Part shown: positions 11,385 through 23,679 of the stretch, in pieces | How the letters are laid out: each line of letters opens with the position of its first letter | Position numbering within the stretch: the first letter of the stretch is position 1 | Source: Dicyema japonicum | Lineage: Eukaryota; Animalia; Dicyemida | Assembly: GCA_011109175.1 (NCBI GenBank) | Contig: RDEW01000086.1 | Location: 49,881 to 113,880 of the forward strand | Length of the DNA: 64,000 nucleotides | Direction of reading: 5' to 3' | Position numbers and translations under genes: made by a program | The notes under the pieces: model-generated | The model's database searches: none | Seen by the model: the letters and a program-made list of their open reading frames with translations, nothing else | Told to the model about the DNA's origin: nothing

Positions 11385-11777
11385 GACCTCTTTTTTTTTC
11401 TTTTTTTTATTAACCCTGGATAACCGAGAAAAAAGTTAAATCTAGACCTCTTTTTTTCTTTTTTTTATTAACCCTGGATAACCGAGAAAAAAGTTAAAGT
11501 AACCAACTAATTAAGTGCATCCAGTTTCCACTTCTACAGAAACAGAGTCCATCCGGAATCAGCATAAAGGGTAAGACGTCCATTACATGGAGTTGTGGAA
11601 ACCCCTACAGTGGAGTGGGGTAGAGCAAATGATCTTTTTCATGCCGGCCTGGCACTGGGCGTCACCTAGACAGGTGGATCACATGACGCCACTCTATTAG
11701 GAAGAGAGAGGAGGAACAGACAAGCAAGCAGAAAATTTAAACCAATTAACCACGCAGCACCAGATGGCGCCACGCGG
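11385..11777 (-). mobile_element. Structured SINE-like element, copy A
   Basis: Head CCGCGTGGCGCCAT, conserved pseudoknot core (11625-11690), LINE-like tail ending in an A-rich run. The tail end is tandemly duplicated (about 61 nt). Confidence 0.75.
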
Positions 11778-11779
11778 CA

Positions 11780-12050
11780 AATCTAGACATCTGAGCACCC
11801 TGATCATGAGAATGCGCTGGAAACTGTTTGGTAACATTCTAAGAACGGAACGAATATGCCAGCAAACATTATCATGGAAGAATTCTTTGAAACATCTTGG
11901 AAAAGTTCAGAAGTCGTCCACGTATATGCTTCCCGAAATCATTTATAGATATTTGAGACCAGTAAACAAGGCACTAAAGGACAGTGAAGACCTCATCAGT
12001 ATGTTGAGTTTAGCATCGAATTGGAGAGAGTGGAGAAACTAATATCGAGG
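11780..12050 (+). mobile_element. RTE-X LINE C-terminal fragment
   Basis: RMRWKLFGNILR motif, compare RWRLFGHILR at about 16220. Confidence 0.65.
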
Positions 12051-12549
12051 ATAATAATGATTAAGGTGCATTCTGTCCTTCTCAGAATAATCTTCAATTA
12101 ATGCAATCCATAGAGGAGATAATCCAAATGAATTTATAAAATAGGTCTAAAACCAATCCCTTGTCCCAACATGGCACATTCTCAAACCCCAGTATCAGAA
12201 ATAGGAATTGCTCCACATATGGCCTGTAGCCATTCAAATCTAAGATTCACATCTCCCAGTTTACCCAAATCTTATCCAATAGCAAAACCAGAGAAAGTCT
12301 TTTAAATACTTTATTAAAATAAGGCATAATACCTTACTCCATCTACATGCCGGACAACTAGTTAGATAATGGGGATCTCCTCCAAAACCCCAAAGAACTT
12401 TCGAATGATTCACAATAGATAAGATCACTAAAATGCTCTTGGTGATGTTTTTTGCCATTTTGTAGCCATGCTATCGAAGGATTTTTAAAATATAAAGGGT
12501 CTCTTTTAAATGACAGAGTGTTTGATGTTCGCCTTTGATGCGATGCAAG

Positions 12550-13280
12550 AATGTAGGATTTAACGTCGTGTGCAATTTGGTGCCATGTGATAGATGACCT
12601 CTTTAGTTACTTCATTAGGGGTTAAGAACCCCGCCAACTGGTTGAGGGCTTAGTGAGGGATTTTTGATTATCGGCAGTAAATTCCTCCCGATAGCTATCT
12701 GTCCCTCCTATTACCCATCTTTCGCTCCTATTTCAATATGCATCAAGTGATCCCAACGACTCTTAGTATTGACCGCATCGTGTCCCAGAATTTCTCTCTG
12801 GTACCCACGCATTTGCTGTGTGCCAATTTTTGGGCGATTTTTCGTGTTGGACGAATATGGGAACAAATTTTTTCACGAGGTCTTCGAACTAGGTTCCTTT
12901 GCCATACCCCGTGAGTCGAAAGATGTTCTTGACGGTTCTAGACTGTGCACAGTAAATCCTCACAATGTTCGATCTAGGTAGGTTTGTTCACCATCCATGA
13001 CTGACAGTTAACATGATAAATTGGGTATACAAGGGACGTACCGTTGAATCAAACGATCTTTTTAATTTGGAAAGTAACATTTTTAGAAAGTTTGATTTTC
13101 TTGTGGACTCATCGATTACATTCAACGTTTGCTGAGGTCATCAGTGCGTCTCTCAAAAACTCTTAACTGAGCACTTATATGTGATTGTATCCTTCCACAA
13201 ACAGTTGAAGAATAATGTCCTTTTTGGTTCTCATGAAAACAACGAGGAAGGTACGGAGATTATGGGAGATACCGGCATCA
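12550..13280 (-). mobile_element. Penelope-like element relic
   Basis: Degenerate P.SP.I, RYV and DGEQTYLD (FLD-like) segments in Penelope RT order. Confidence 0.45.
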
Positions 13281-13499
13281 CCAAATATATTAAATGTATA
13301 ACTATTTTTATTCGTTTTGTTTAACAAAGTTGCAAATGGCCTTAGTACGTGTGAACTATGTTCTTATTAAGAAACCGAAGCCCTCCGAACACTTTAACGA
13401 CCATATGGTGCAACTAATGTTAACTTCCATTATTCTATTTTATGCCATAAAACTTAATCTATTCTAAAGTACCCACTCTTTGTTTTGCTGCTTTATACA

Positions 13500-14200
13500 A
13501 AGCTGCACTTACACTAAAATTACAAAATAATGAAACTAAACCAGTGATTCACTGATCACTACATGATCGCCTTTGCCGAATACATGAACCAACAACGAAG
13601 AATTTCCCACAGATTGGTAAAAGAAATCAGTCATCGCGTATGAACAAGAATGGTTACCAGATTATACTTAAGTTGACTCCCAGATTTCAATTAAAGTCCA
13701 GTTGTCCAATAAAACGTACAACATCAATACAAAATTTTCAACGCAGAACAACCTCCGTCTTTTGGGGAAGAGCTGCCAATACTATCACAGAAACCTGCCA
13801 AGCCAGAAAAACCCTAACAATTCTCACTACACTACGAAAAACACTGTCAATCTTGATTTTTAGTAGAATCAGGCATAAGTTCGACGAATACTTGTCTTTA
13901 AATTAGAGTGGATTCCGCAGTGGAAGGTCTATTACAGATGGTTCGTGGTCATGTGCCAGAAATACACAGGTGCACTTACGTTTGTAGACATTTCGAGAAC
14001 CTTCGTATAATAAATAAAGAAATTTTATGAAGGTCCTCGAAAGAATTATCAACCCAGACAGCACACTGCTAATAAGCCTTTACCAGATAACACATACCTT
14101 GCAGTAAAATGGGAGATGCAATGTCAAAATATTTTAGACTACGTGCGTGGGTCATCTTATGGAAAGTAATAAATTAACATACTTCCGGACGACTTAGTTG
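13500..14200 (+). mobile_element. RTE-X RT relic
   Basis: SGFRSGRSITDG.WS motif, homologous to SGFREGKSTTDIVWSHRW at about 51560. Confidence 0.55.
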
Positions 14201-14479
14201 TATAACGTGGAGGTTCATTGACTCACATTTTGTTAAAGATATAACTTCCTTAAAAACTTTCACAAAAAACTACACACCGATGGTATAGGCTGTAGACTTC
14301 ATTCATGAAAAAAATTAATGTATCAAAAGAATACCTACTCCGGTACCTTCAAATTAAGAGAACCGGCTCCTAACTGAAATAAATAAATATTCTTAAAATA
14401 TTTATGAAAGTAATTTAAAAAAATAAAAATAAATCATCGCTCGTATAATGATTTAGTCGACATTGGCGCTAACCTGAAA

Positions 14480-14790
14480 TTATGTTTGAGGAATTCCCTA
14501 AGCGATGGCCAGGGGCGAGTATGCCCGGGTAATCGATGTTCCCCATTGAGACTATTAGCAATTGGCATTCCTCATGGTTCCCCATTATCTCCCCTCTCAT
14601 TCAATCATGTGACGAATTACCTACCAATTCCACAAGGTGACAACGAAATATTACTGTCCTACGCGGAGGACATAGTAGTTGCATCGAGATGTGAGTAACT
14701 TCATGAAGGTTTTTCTATGAAATCTAAGAGACTCAAAATGCCTAAATGGATTGGACGAAGAGCACTAACATGGTGCAGGGGCAATTAAAT
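14480..14790 (+). mobile_element. I-group LINE RT fragment
   Basis: GIPHGSPLSP..F and LLSYAED motifs, homologous to 23950-24100. Confidence 0.7.
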
Positions 14791-15434
14791 ATCTTAATTA
14801 ATTTGCTAATGAAGATAGTCATGCAAGATCCTGTTTTGAATGAGTACCGAAAAGAATTGGAAGAACTTGCTAATGAGAAGAAATAACTCGAACAGAAATG
14901 ACGAAGAGAACGAAATCGTCATTCTTTTGAAGAGGAGGAAACTATTGATGCCGAAAATGGAGAGATTGTTATTATATATGAAAACATAAATATTAACTAC
15001 AATTAAATTAGTATTTTTATTTACTTCACAATCTTATCTTCAAGGTAAACATAAGTGAATCGACGTCGTATACCGGTTCTTTTACGTCTGGTATTATTAG
15101 TTCGAGCACGTCTGAGCTCATCAGGTTAAACTGTCGTATACAAGGAAGCGGAAGTGACCTAGAAAGAAGCGATGGATTTTCAGATTATTGGGCTCGCGTA
15201 ACAACCCAAAAGTATATGAATATGTGCGGTTCAGCTTGTCCCGTGCTCTTCATAATCCGTTCTACCAGATTTCTCTATGTAGCTTTCCTCCTCGCACTTC
15301 TTCACAGTACATCGGCTCGTCCACAGGGTAGAATAGACAGACTAAGAGACGATAAGAACATTATATATAAATAACTATTAGAGAGGTGAACTAACAAAAA
15401 ACTTCTAAACTAACAAAAATTATTGTTGGATTGT

Positions 15435-15845
15435 TAAAAATTATTATTGAACCAGAAAACCACCGTCATATCCAAAATAAACAAAATTCAGGTGATCCCA
15501 GCCTCCCTAAGCAGTCTCCACATCTTTTCATAGTGTTCCGACTACGTTCTTGCACATTTCGATATGGACTGGGTCCGCATACTAGTGTCCTTCGCAGGGG
15601 CACAGTTCCAGTCGCCTCGATTATATTTTCTAGGTTTCTGGGCAGGATTTCCACACGGGAATATTTCCTTAGTAGGTTTGCTGCCTTCACTTGAATGTGG
15701 CAGATCTTGTCCAAATTCATTGCAGCAAGGTTAGATCCCCAGACATTACATGTGTATCCTATTGTAGCCTTGATGACTGTTTGTATATGACATCCAGTCC
15801 ATTTAGATCTTTTTTGTCTTTTAGGTTTCCCAAGAACGCCTTCAG
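15435..15845 (-). mobile_element. I-group LINE 3' fragment
   Basis: NLDKICH..AANLL thumb region and C-terminal ..REAGIT* shared with 24800, 47620 and 62810. Confidence 0.65.
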
Positions 15846-15959
15846 GAATTAAAATAAAATTGTAACTAATTTAATTTAATACATATATATTTTTAAAAAT
15901 TGTTTTACAATATGGCGAACCTATAAATACATTTACATATTATTTAGCATGCGTTTGCC

Positions 15960-16473
15960 CTTTTTTGGTTGAGGTGGTGACTTCCGTCTTGAAAAATATG
16001 TCTGAAAAACACAAAAATTGCAACCTAAATGACTTCTCTCTTTTAACGTTCAATGTCAAAGGACTCTCTACTTCATGGAAAAGAAAAGAACTTTATGAAG
16101 ACCTTTCAAAATACAAGATATCAATCGGATGTCTCCAAGAGACAAAAATATCGAAGGAGTTTGAAATCTTATACAAGAGAACAGGAACTGAGCCAATATT
16201 ATGTCAGATTACTGATTCAAGATGGAGGCTCTTTGGACACATACTCCGCCACGATATTGGGACCCCTGCCAAGGAGTATTTTGTCTCAGAAGCTTCTCGT
16301 TTCCGCGGCCGGCCGAGGACAAAACTGCCGGTTATTCTAGATGAAGATTTCAGGGAATGCTACGGAACATGGCAACGGATCGAAAAGATGAGGGACGTTA
16401 ATTAGATTGTTAACTTTTCGTGTTGCACATGCTTTGTCATGATCTTGGCATCGCGTACGTGCCTATAATAATA
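15960..16473 (+). mobile_element. Internally deleted RTE-X element with TSD
   Basis: Endonuclease start (LTFNVKGL..CLQETK) fused to the C-terminus (RWRLFGHILRH..GRPRTKL). (TAA)n tail; 11-bp TSD ATGCGTTTGCC at 15949-15959 and 16474-16484. Confidence 0.85.
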
Positions 16474-17749
16474 ATGCGTTTGCCTCGTTGTTGTGGTACG
16501 CTGTTTGTGTATATTGTATTCTTCTGTTGTATGGTCATACATTATATAATTGGATTCATCAAATAGTGTTGAAGGCTGTTGTCAAAATGTCTAATATATA
16601 TTTTATATTTTGTCAACCTATGAATATGGATTTTTTCACTATTTGATTTCTCCCTATTTATATTCTTTGGCTATATTTTTTTCAGTCTGTTTGTATTCCT
16701 AATTGTTATGCGTCTGCATCATGGCAAGAATATTTTCAGTATTCCAATTATTATTAAGGCACTACACGAAAGCCATCATGTTAATAGTACCTCATGTGCT
16801 ACAATCAACTCAATATTTAGAGTTTCTCCTTTATTTCCCTCTGTCGAATGCAATCGATCTTAATTTGTATGGGTCGTCCCCGTTTTGAGTTTCTTTTCAC
16901 CTGGTTTATATCAGTAATCCAATAATATACATAATTCGAAGAGAAAAATAACATTTGATCACTCATCTATGATTTATTTACTACATTTTCTCCGAACTAT
17001 ATTGAATCTTCACTTCGATGTTTACTGTTTGAACATTGCTTTTTTGCATAACCCAATTCATTTTTATCCTATTGATTGTAATTCTTCACAAAGTTTGTCG
17101 ATCCCTTTGTTGACATAATACATAAATTCCTGAAGAAATATTTTCTTTTCTGCTTCTGACCATTTAATCAATAATAACATTTAATTCCTGATTCCATCAA
17201 GGACATTTTCCTCTGAAATAGAAAATTATCTAAATTTTTCTTCAGGTAACGATGTGTGTTTTTGAATATCTCAATAATATTCTGAGACATCGGTTTTGTA
17301 ACACTTTCAGTTTGTATATTGTGGTTGCCTGCCTTTTATACTTCAGAACGTTTACCTTTTTTGCATTTGCTATCTCATTTTTGACATCCAAGATATGGAA
17401 GGTCCTGGATTTAATTTATAGAGATGTGGCTGATCTATTTTGGAACTTTTTGTAACAGTTTGATTCGATCGTTGCGATGTCAATAAGTAGTTCAGTGTCC
17501 ATGCCATAGTTTCCCACATCATTCCATTCCAGGATCAAATCTCTACGATCGTATATACGAAAAATTTCTAAAGTAGGTCCTCATAGTCAGAACCATCAAT
17601 GCTTATAATATCATCTTCGTCAGGTATTAGATAATTTATGTTTAAATCATGCTTGTTATTTGTTATTTCATCTGCCTGGTGGCTTGGACTGTTCATCCGG
17701 GTACCTTTTCTTTGCTAACCATCCGTTTGATGGTTTAGTAAGTTACACA

Positions 17750-19250
17750 TCCTGATTTGAATATCTTCCCTGACTGATCAAGTGGACAGGATTTGCTTAT
17801 ATATGTGGCGTTGGCCTACGTAAATCAATATTAGCGGCTAACTTGCTTTTTGGCGGAAGATCGTATCGTGTGAACAAAAATTGACATCCTTCGGGATCTG
17901 CTATTGGTCTCTATGGACTATAACTTTTTTTAATGGTCACTTTTGAATTTATTATATAAATTGGCATTTTTATCCATTTACATTGTCCCATTGATCAGTC
18001 TATTAGCATGAACTCAGCAATATTGATTACATGAGTAATAGGAATATCAAATGACCTACGTCTTGGTTGGGGATTTAACGAGATAAGTAGTAAGGATGCC
18101 AAATGAACATTGGCAAGATAGAATAGGCTGATTGTGTCTTAGTTGAGTATACAAAAGGACATAACGAAGATGTCCTAGAGAATTCCCTTCGGGGATCAAA
18201 CGAGATCATATAAACAAAAACTCAAATCGTTAAGAATCTAAAAAGTTAAAGTACATTAAAAGATTATGACGAATATTTAGAATCAGAACTGCGTGAGACA
18301 GTAAGAAAATATATAAGTAAGAATTTATACAGAAAACATATAGGATCTCCCCATTTGTGCAGCTGTCTCAAAGTCATCTTTTGTTTATATTCTGCATCAG
18401 ACAGTATCGTTACCATTAATTGTATTCCTTCTATATATCACCGAAACTTTCACCATAGATGATCTCACCCTCCTAAAGACATCAAAAACCACAGGTATTT
18501 CATCAGAGACAACTTGAACAAGATTCCTCATTTTTAAACATACACTTGACCAGCCATTTTCTTATCCTCTAACATGATTTTGATTAAGAAATCAATTTTC
18601 CACAAGAACCTCAAGATGGAGGATAAGATATAGTCACCCCTATGTCTATACAAGCTTCTTGCTGCGGATTGTCTCAGAATACTGGATAATCCCTAAAAAG
18701 GAAGGTTTCTTCTTGTATCTTGGGGATATTTCGAGATATAATCGTTTCTGATGCTCTGGAGACCAAAACAAATTGCTTGTGTATTGATTCCAACAAAGGT
18801 ATTGGAGATACTGGGGAATACGAAATCATCAACGTAAGAAAATGAAGTGATTTTAATATTTAAATTTTAGTAATGTTACTTCCAAGTACATTAGAATAAT
18901 AATCTGATTGTTTGTATTTTATGCAGTCCCTGGAAATCACAATTCGATTCGGATTACCATCACTAACGTGTTTATTCCCCAACGGTCATAATAACGCATC
19001 CCGACAATTTTTACTCACAAGTCAGCCATCTTCTGAAAGTCATGGGATCTTAAATGACTAAACTCACGAACACAAAATCTGCCCACAACGCCAAATATAA
19101 CAGTTGTAGTTATTTTTCAAGGTTATTAAATCACTCTTTAGTCTTGGTTTTGTCCTAAGGTACCTCTTTGTATCTGAAATGTATTAGCAGTTCCAACCTC
19201 GATCGGTTGAGTTCATAGTTTGCTCTAATTTTGTACAACATGCCCGTCGC
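17750..19250 (-). mobile_element. Highly decayed LINE RT region (L1-like)
   Basis: Scattered IDF and F.G..I.DN-like remnants; no ORF. Confidence 0.3.
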
Positions 19251-19289
19251 TGTGTTAATTAGCCTTTAAAATTAAATTACAATTATTCC

Positions 19290-19506
19290 AAAAACCAAGG
19301 GTAACCACACTAACTAACTCCTTGATCCTAATCGTTCCAGAACTGTCTCCGGGTTACCACATTGTCCCCGGGGAAAAATAGTGGATCTTCTTGATTGCGG
19401 CCAGGCATTGGCGTATCTTTAGTAAGGTGGATCCAATGACGCCATCAAAGGGAGGGAAAATAATTATTGACATTTTATCAACATGGAACTACATGGCGCC
19501 ACGTGG
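19290..19506 (-). mobile_element. Structured SINE-like element, copy B
   Basis: Head CCACGTGGCGCCAT, core GGCGTCATTGGATC...ACGCC..GATCCA, tail GGATCAAGGAGTTAGTTAG. Confidence 0.75.
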
Positions 19507-20299
19507 TCAAAATTCTTTAAGTCTTGAACACGTATTAAGCCCTAGTATTTATTGCTTAATCGATAGTTAGTTTCTGTAGTTTCCATCTTTACGAAATACC
19601 CGTCTTTCTTCAAGTTTTTATTTTCTTCTTTGTTCCTATCTTTACAAAATACCCGTCTTCAAGACACCATTCTAAATGGATCAGTTTTTCCCAAATAAAA
19701 GACGGATAGCATTCCAAAAAAGTCTCTTAGATTTCATTTGTCCAATAGATGATAATAGTTTTTTCAAGGCTTTTTTTATTGTTTTATGAGGGTTGTGATT
19801 ATGTGATTTAAATATTTTATATTCTTCAGGGCAAGATAAGGTAACGGGTTGCTTAATCTTCAATGAGTTTCTCATGTAAAGGAACAGGCTTCGGAGTCGA
19901 GCATAGTGTTACAGCATTTATACACAACTCAAGGTAAACCTTTGACCTTGGTAAAGGTTAACCAGATGTTCTGTATTTGAGATTTCTTTAGTAAATCTCC
20001 TCTTTTGCAGATACTAAAATTATTACGATTCTTCCACATCACATGGTTATATTTTCCCTGTTCAATACAATATTCGTGGAAAGACGATCGCATTCGATTT
20101 TCGATAATTTTATATTTTATTTGTATTTTGCCTGTTTTTGGGAAAACTGGAATTTACCGTACATTCGGATTCCGTTTTAAATGCATATTTGATCTCTTAT
20201 ACCTCCTCGAAGAATTTAATGGATACAGTCATCAAATATTATTCCGGACTGAATGTATATATGACACCATCTAGAGCTGTGGACTTTTGGTAGTACCGT

Positions 20300-20570
20300 T
20301 ATCTTGATGTTCCCGAAGGCGATTCTAATCAGAAAGCATACTCGAGACGTGTCTTTTTAAAAATGAGGTACCACATTGAGAGCATATTGGATGTCTGAAG
20401 ACTTACATGCCTCAAAGCGGTAAGCTACCATTCAACAGGTGCCTGGCTGAATCCCCATCCTGTCGAGATTGACAACCTTCTGGACGATGAAGAAGTAGAA
20501 TAGCCGCCTCGCTACGTCTTGGTCTTAAAGTGTGTGCGGAGCGAAAATGTCGTTGTGGATTTTTTTGATG
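20300..20570 (+). mobile_element. CRE-clade LINE fragment
   Basis: GAWLNPHP..LLDDEE.RIAASLRLGLKVC...CRCG motif. Confidence 0.7.
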
Positions 20571-20599
20571 TGTCTCCAGATTTAATCTATTCTAGAATT

Positions 20600-20900
20600 C
20601 CTGATTATTACAAACTGATTTTGTAACGCCAAAAAATCACATCAGAAAAGGCGTCAACGTTGCTTTGTCTTCCAACATAAAGTCAACATCGTCCACATAC
20701 TTTATTTCGGTAATTGTGTTTTCGTCATATGATTTTATAAGGTCACATAGTGCCATCTCTAGGTTGAAAGAATTTAGTACTATTGCTTATTGATAGGATA
20801 TCAAGTCAGGAGTGACTGTTTTAACTGGTACATCCCCAACTTTGGAGAAACTAAAGATCCACTACTTTAGTGACGCGATTCTTATCTTATCTACAATTTC
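20600..20900 (-). mobile_element. RTE-X RT fragment
   Basis: D.LS...F..LEMAL and YVDDVD motifs. Confidence 0.55.
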
Positions 20901-21708
20901 ACACTCTTTGTCTGTAAAATTGTGGAATTATATGTGATAGATAGATATTTTATTAACATGACAAACTCGTTACTAATTAAAAACTAATGAAAAGGAAAAG
21001 CCACGAGTTTGTCCTGGTTGATGGGGTCTGGTATAACGAGACACCATATGTCTCCTCTTTGAATTATTGACTCTTTGCATCCAACAAGAATTATTTTTAC
21101 AAATGGTGCAATATTTCCTCAATGAATCTTGCACGTCTCTCATCACTAGGCGGTTTGAAGGACTCGATGTGTGTTTCTCTTATTTTAGTTCAGATAGTGG
21201 CATTCCAAAAGATTTTAGTAGAATAAATATTTTTTCTGACCAAAAAATGGTTTTATCAAGATATCTTTGTTGAGATCTCTAAGTTTTCGACAAAAAACGT
21301 ATTGTTACTGAAACATTCAAACTTATAATAATTTTTTTTAAAACAGACTTTTTAAAAAACTCATGTTAAATTTTTCTAAACCCTTTCGGATAAATGAATC
21401 AATTTTAAATTAATAATTGACCTGAGATGTCTTTTCAATTTTAGATTATTGAATTGACTGGACTCAAGCAAGCAAGATCCGTTTAAGTAGCCATGGAGTT
21501 TCCAGTACGTGTGATGCATCATTTTTTGTCATCGAGTGAAAGAGTTTGATAACCACATGTGAATGCAACGTTAGAATTTAAATGAGCGTTTTTATTAATA
21601 AGTTCCATAAATATTATATAACGGACGGGGAAATAAAAAGTTCGTACATTAAAAAATGTAGCTATTAATATTGATACTCCGATATTCATACAAATCAATT
21701 TTTAATAT

Positions 21709-21971
21709 GAAGGTTCACGCATCTACGATGCGAAAAGGGCTTGACGAGTGACGTCGTCATTATTGGGATTCACAGCGGAACTGGATAGTCAAAAGAACAT
21801 ACACACAAGAAAAAGAAAAAAAACAAAGAAGTAAAGAGCATTCCTTGATTCTCCCGGTACGATTAGTTATAACTGTTCTTTACTTAAATAAAGTGTGTGT
21901 TCTGCACGAGCGAAACCCTAGGCATCATACGTGCTTATGGCAACGCGGTAGTGCTTAATTATTATTATTAT
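21709..21971 (+). mobile_element. tRNA-derived SINE, 5'-truncated body with (ATT)n tail
   Basis: Colinear homology to both halves of the element at 45615-45930, which carries the tRNA-like head. Confidence 0.7.
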
Positions 21972-22959
21972 AGTAGGGAGAAATCTCCTTCGACTGGTCG
22001 TCTTCTATATTAGACAGGAATATAGATTCTGCCATACCTTTTCAGTTTGAACAAGCTTCAGCAATATCTATTATCTTTAATATCAAATTCATTTAACTGG
22101 TAGCATTTCGGACAGTATACGTGTCCGAGACTTTAATTCATATTCGGACTTTGAGTTCCTTTAATGTAAGCTATGCGCCATTGATTTTAGTTCTATTTCT
22201 TGCTAGGTTGAAATGGCCTTGTCATTATGGACATAAATTCAAATTCATATTTAATCGTGTCAATTTATATTTTAGTTTTGGGAGATACCTAAGTTAAGTT
22301 AGACAGCTGCGGAAATCCTGTCTCGAGGTCGATTATTTGAAACGGCGCTGAGTCTTCTGGGACCTCCACAACCGGACTCGTTACCAATTAAAACTCAATT
22401 TTAATTGTCCCCAATCTCTGGGATCTCTAACATCTTGTATTAGTACCTAGAAATGATTAAAGTTGAAAGTTTTGAAATTAGCATTGAATCTCACGCCAAT
22501 TGACAGGATGACTAGACGACATCTGTGCACGTTTAGCATTTTTAAAAAGTCTTCCAAAACCTCTTGCAGGAGAACTCTCGGTTGTATACGCCTGTCAATT
22601 AAAAAGTATTCAGTTAGTTGTGACCTGGGATGTATCGTCTATAAATTCTTTAATAGTTATGTCGATGGGCTATCCTTTGGATAAGATATAAGAATTTATA
22701 TTTGATTCGTCGATTTAAAAATAACTTTAGAAACTATAATTATCAAAAACATGCATGAGATTAAGGTCTCCAATGAAGATCTTCTCTCTATCTCTAATCA
22801 ACTTACGGAAATGATGTGTGGCTGACTATAGACAAAGGGGATAATTATCAGTCTGTGGTACATTCCTGTAAGAGGAAGAGAGTGATTGCCACCAATTTTG
22901 ATGGTTAGCTAATAATGTTGTGTGTTTTAAAATTCTCCAACTCCAACAGAATCGTCAGA

Positions 22960-23350
22960 GATCAGAGATATCAGCATTTGAAAGTCAAGCTGCCTGAGCA
23001 GAGAGTCGTATGTAAAATAAATATGAGAGGCTTCTGAACCAATAAACCAACACCGACATTCCTGTTAGTGACTGGAAGTTGCAAATGAAGTGGTGCTTGA
23101 ATCAATGCCCTCCGTGTCGGGAATCACTTTGACAACGATAGATTCTCCATCAGTATCTCCACAGACCTGGACTGAAGATTTGCTGACTCAAATACGGAGT
23201 GGAAGTACTGTTATGGACATCACGCCCCTTCTTTCCGAAGAATTGCTGGACGATTCCCGAAACATAATACGATCTGACTGTAAAAGAAGAGTCTGTAATA
23301 CTTATGGTTTATAGTTGACATAACGTGATATACAGAGGCCACGAACACAG
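22960..23350 (+). mobile_element. CRE-clade LINE fragment
   Basis: SGA.INAL..GRF.KHN motifs; reverse-complement homology to 58680-58800 and 59700-59950. Confidence 0.65.
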
Positions 23351-23679
23351 AAAATCTCATTTTATATATAGAAATATTAATAGCTTGAGTCACTTAGCTG
23401 GGTACTATTATGTTCGTTCGATTGTAATTTACTGGAATCGAAACCTAACTATTAATCTAACAACTAAGATGCTTTAACTTTAAATAAGGCAAAATTTTTC
23501 ACAAAAGAACATGTTAGAACTTAGAAACTATTAGAGGAGTCATCCACTTAACTAACAAAAATTATAGTAGGATTATTAATTAAAGTCAAATTGTGACTAT
23601 TTTAAATAAATTTAATACATATATATTTTTAAAAATTATTTTACAATATGGCGAACCTATAAATACATTTATATTAATC

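Larger units (their letters stand above)
15050..17560. repeat. Composite repeat, copy 1 (CRE-like 3' end, AT spacer with conserved motif, minus-strand SANT/GATA-like remnant), interrupted by two LINE insertions
   Basis: Same ordered blocks at 23500-26760, 47062-47400 and 54010-55460. Confidence 0.75.
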
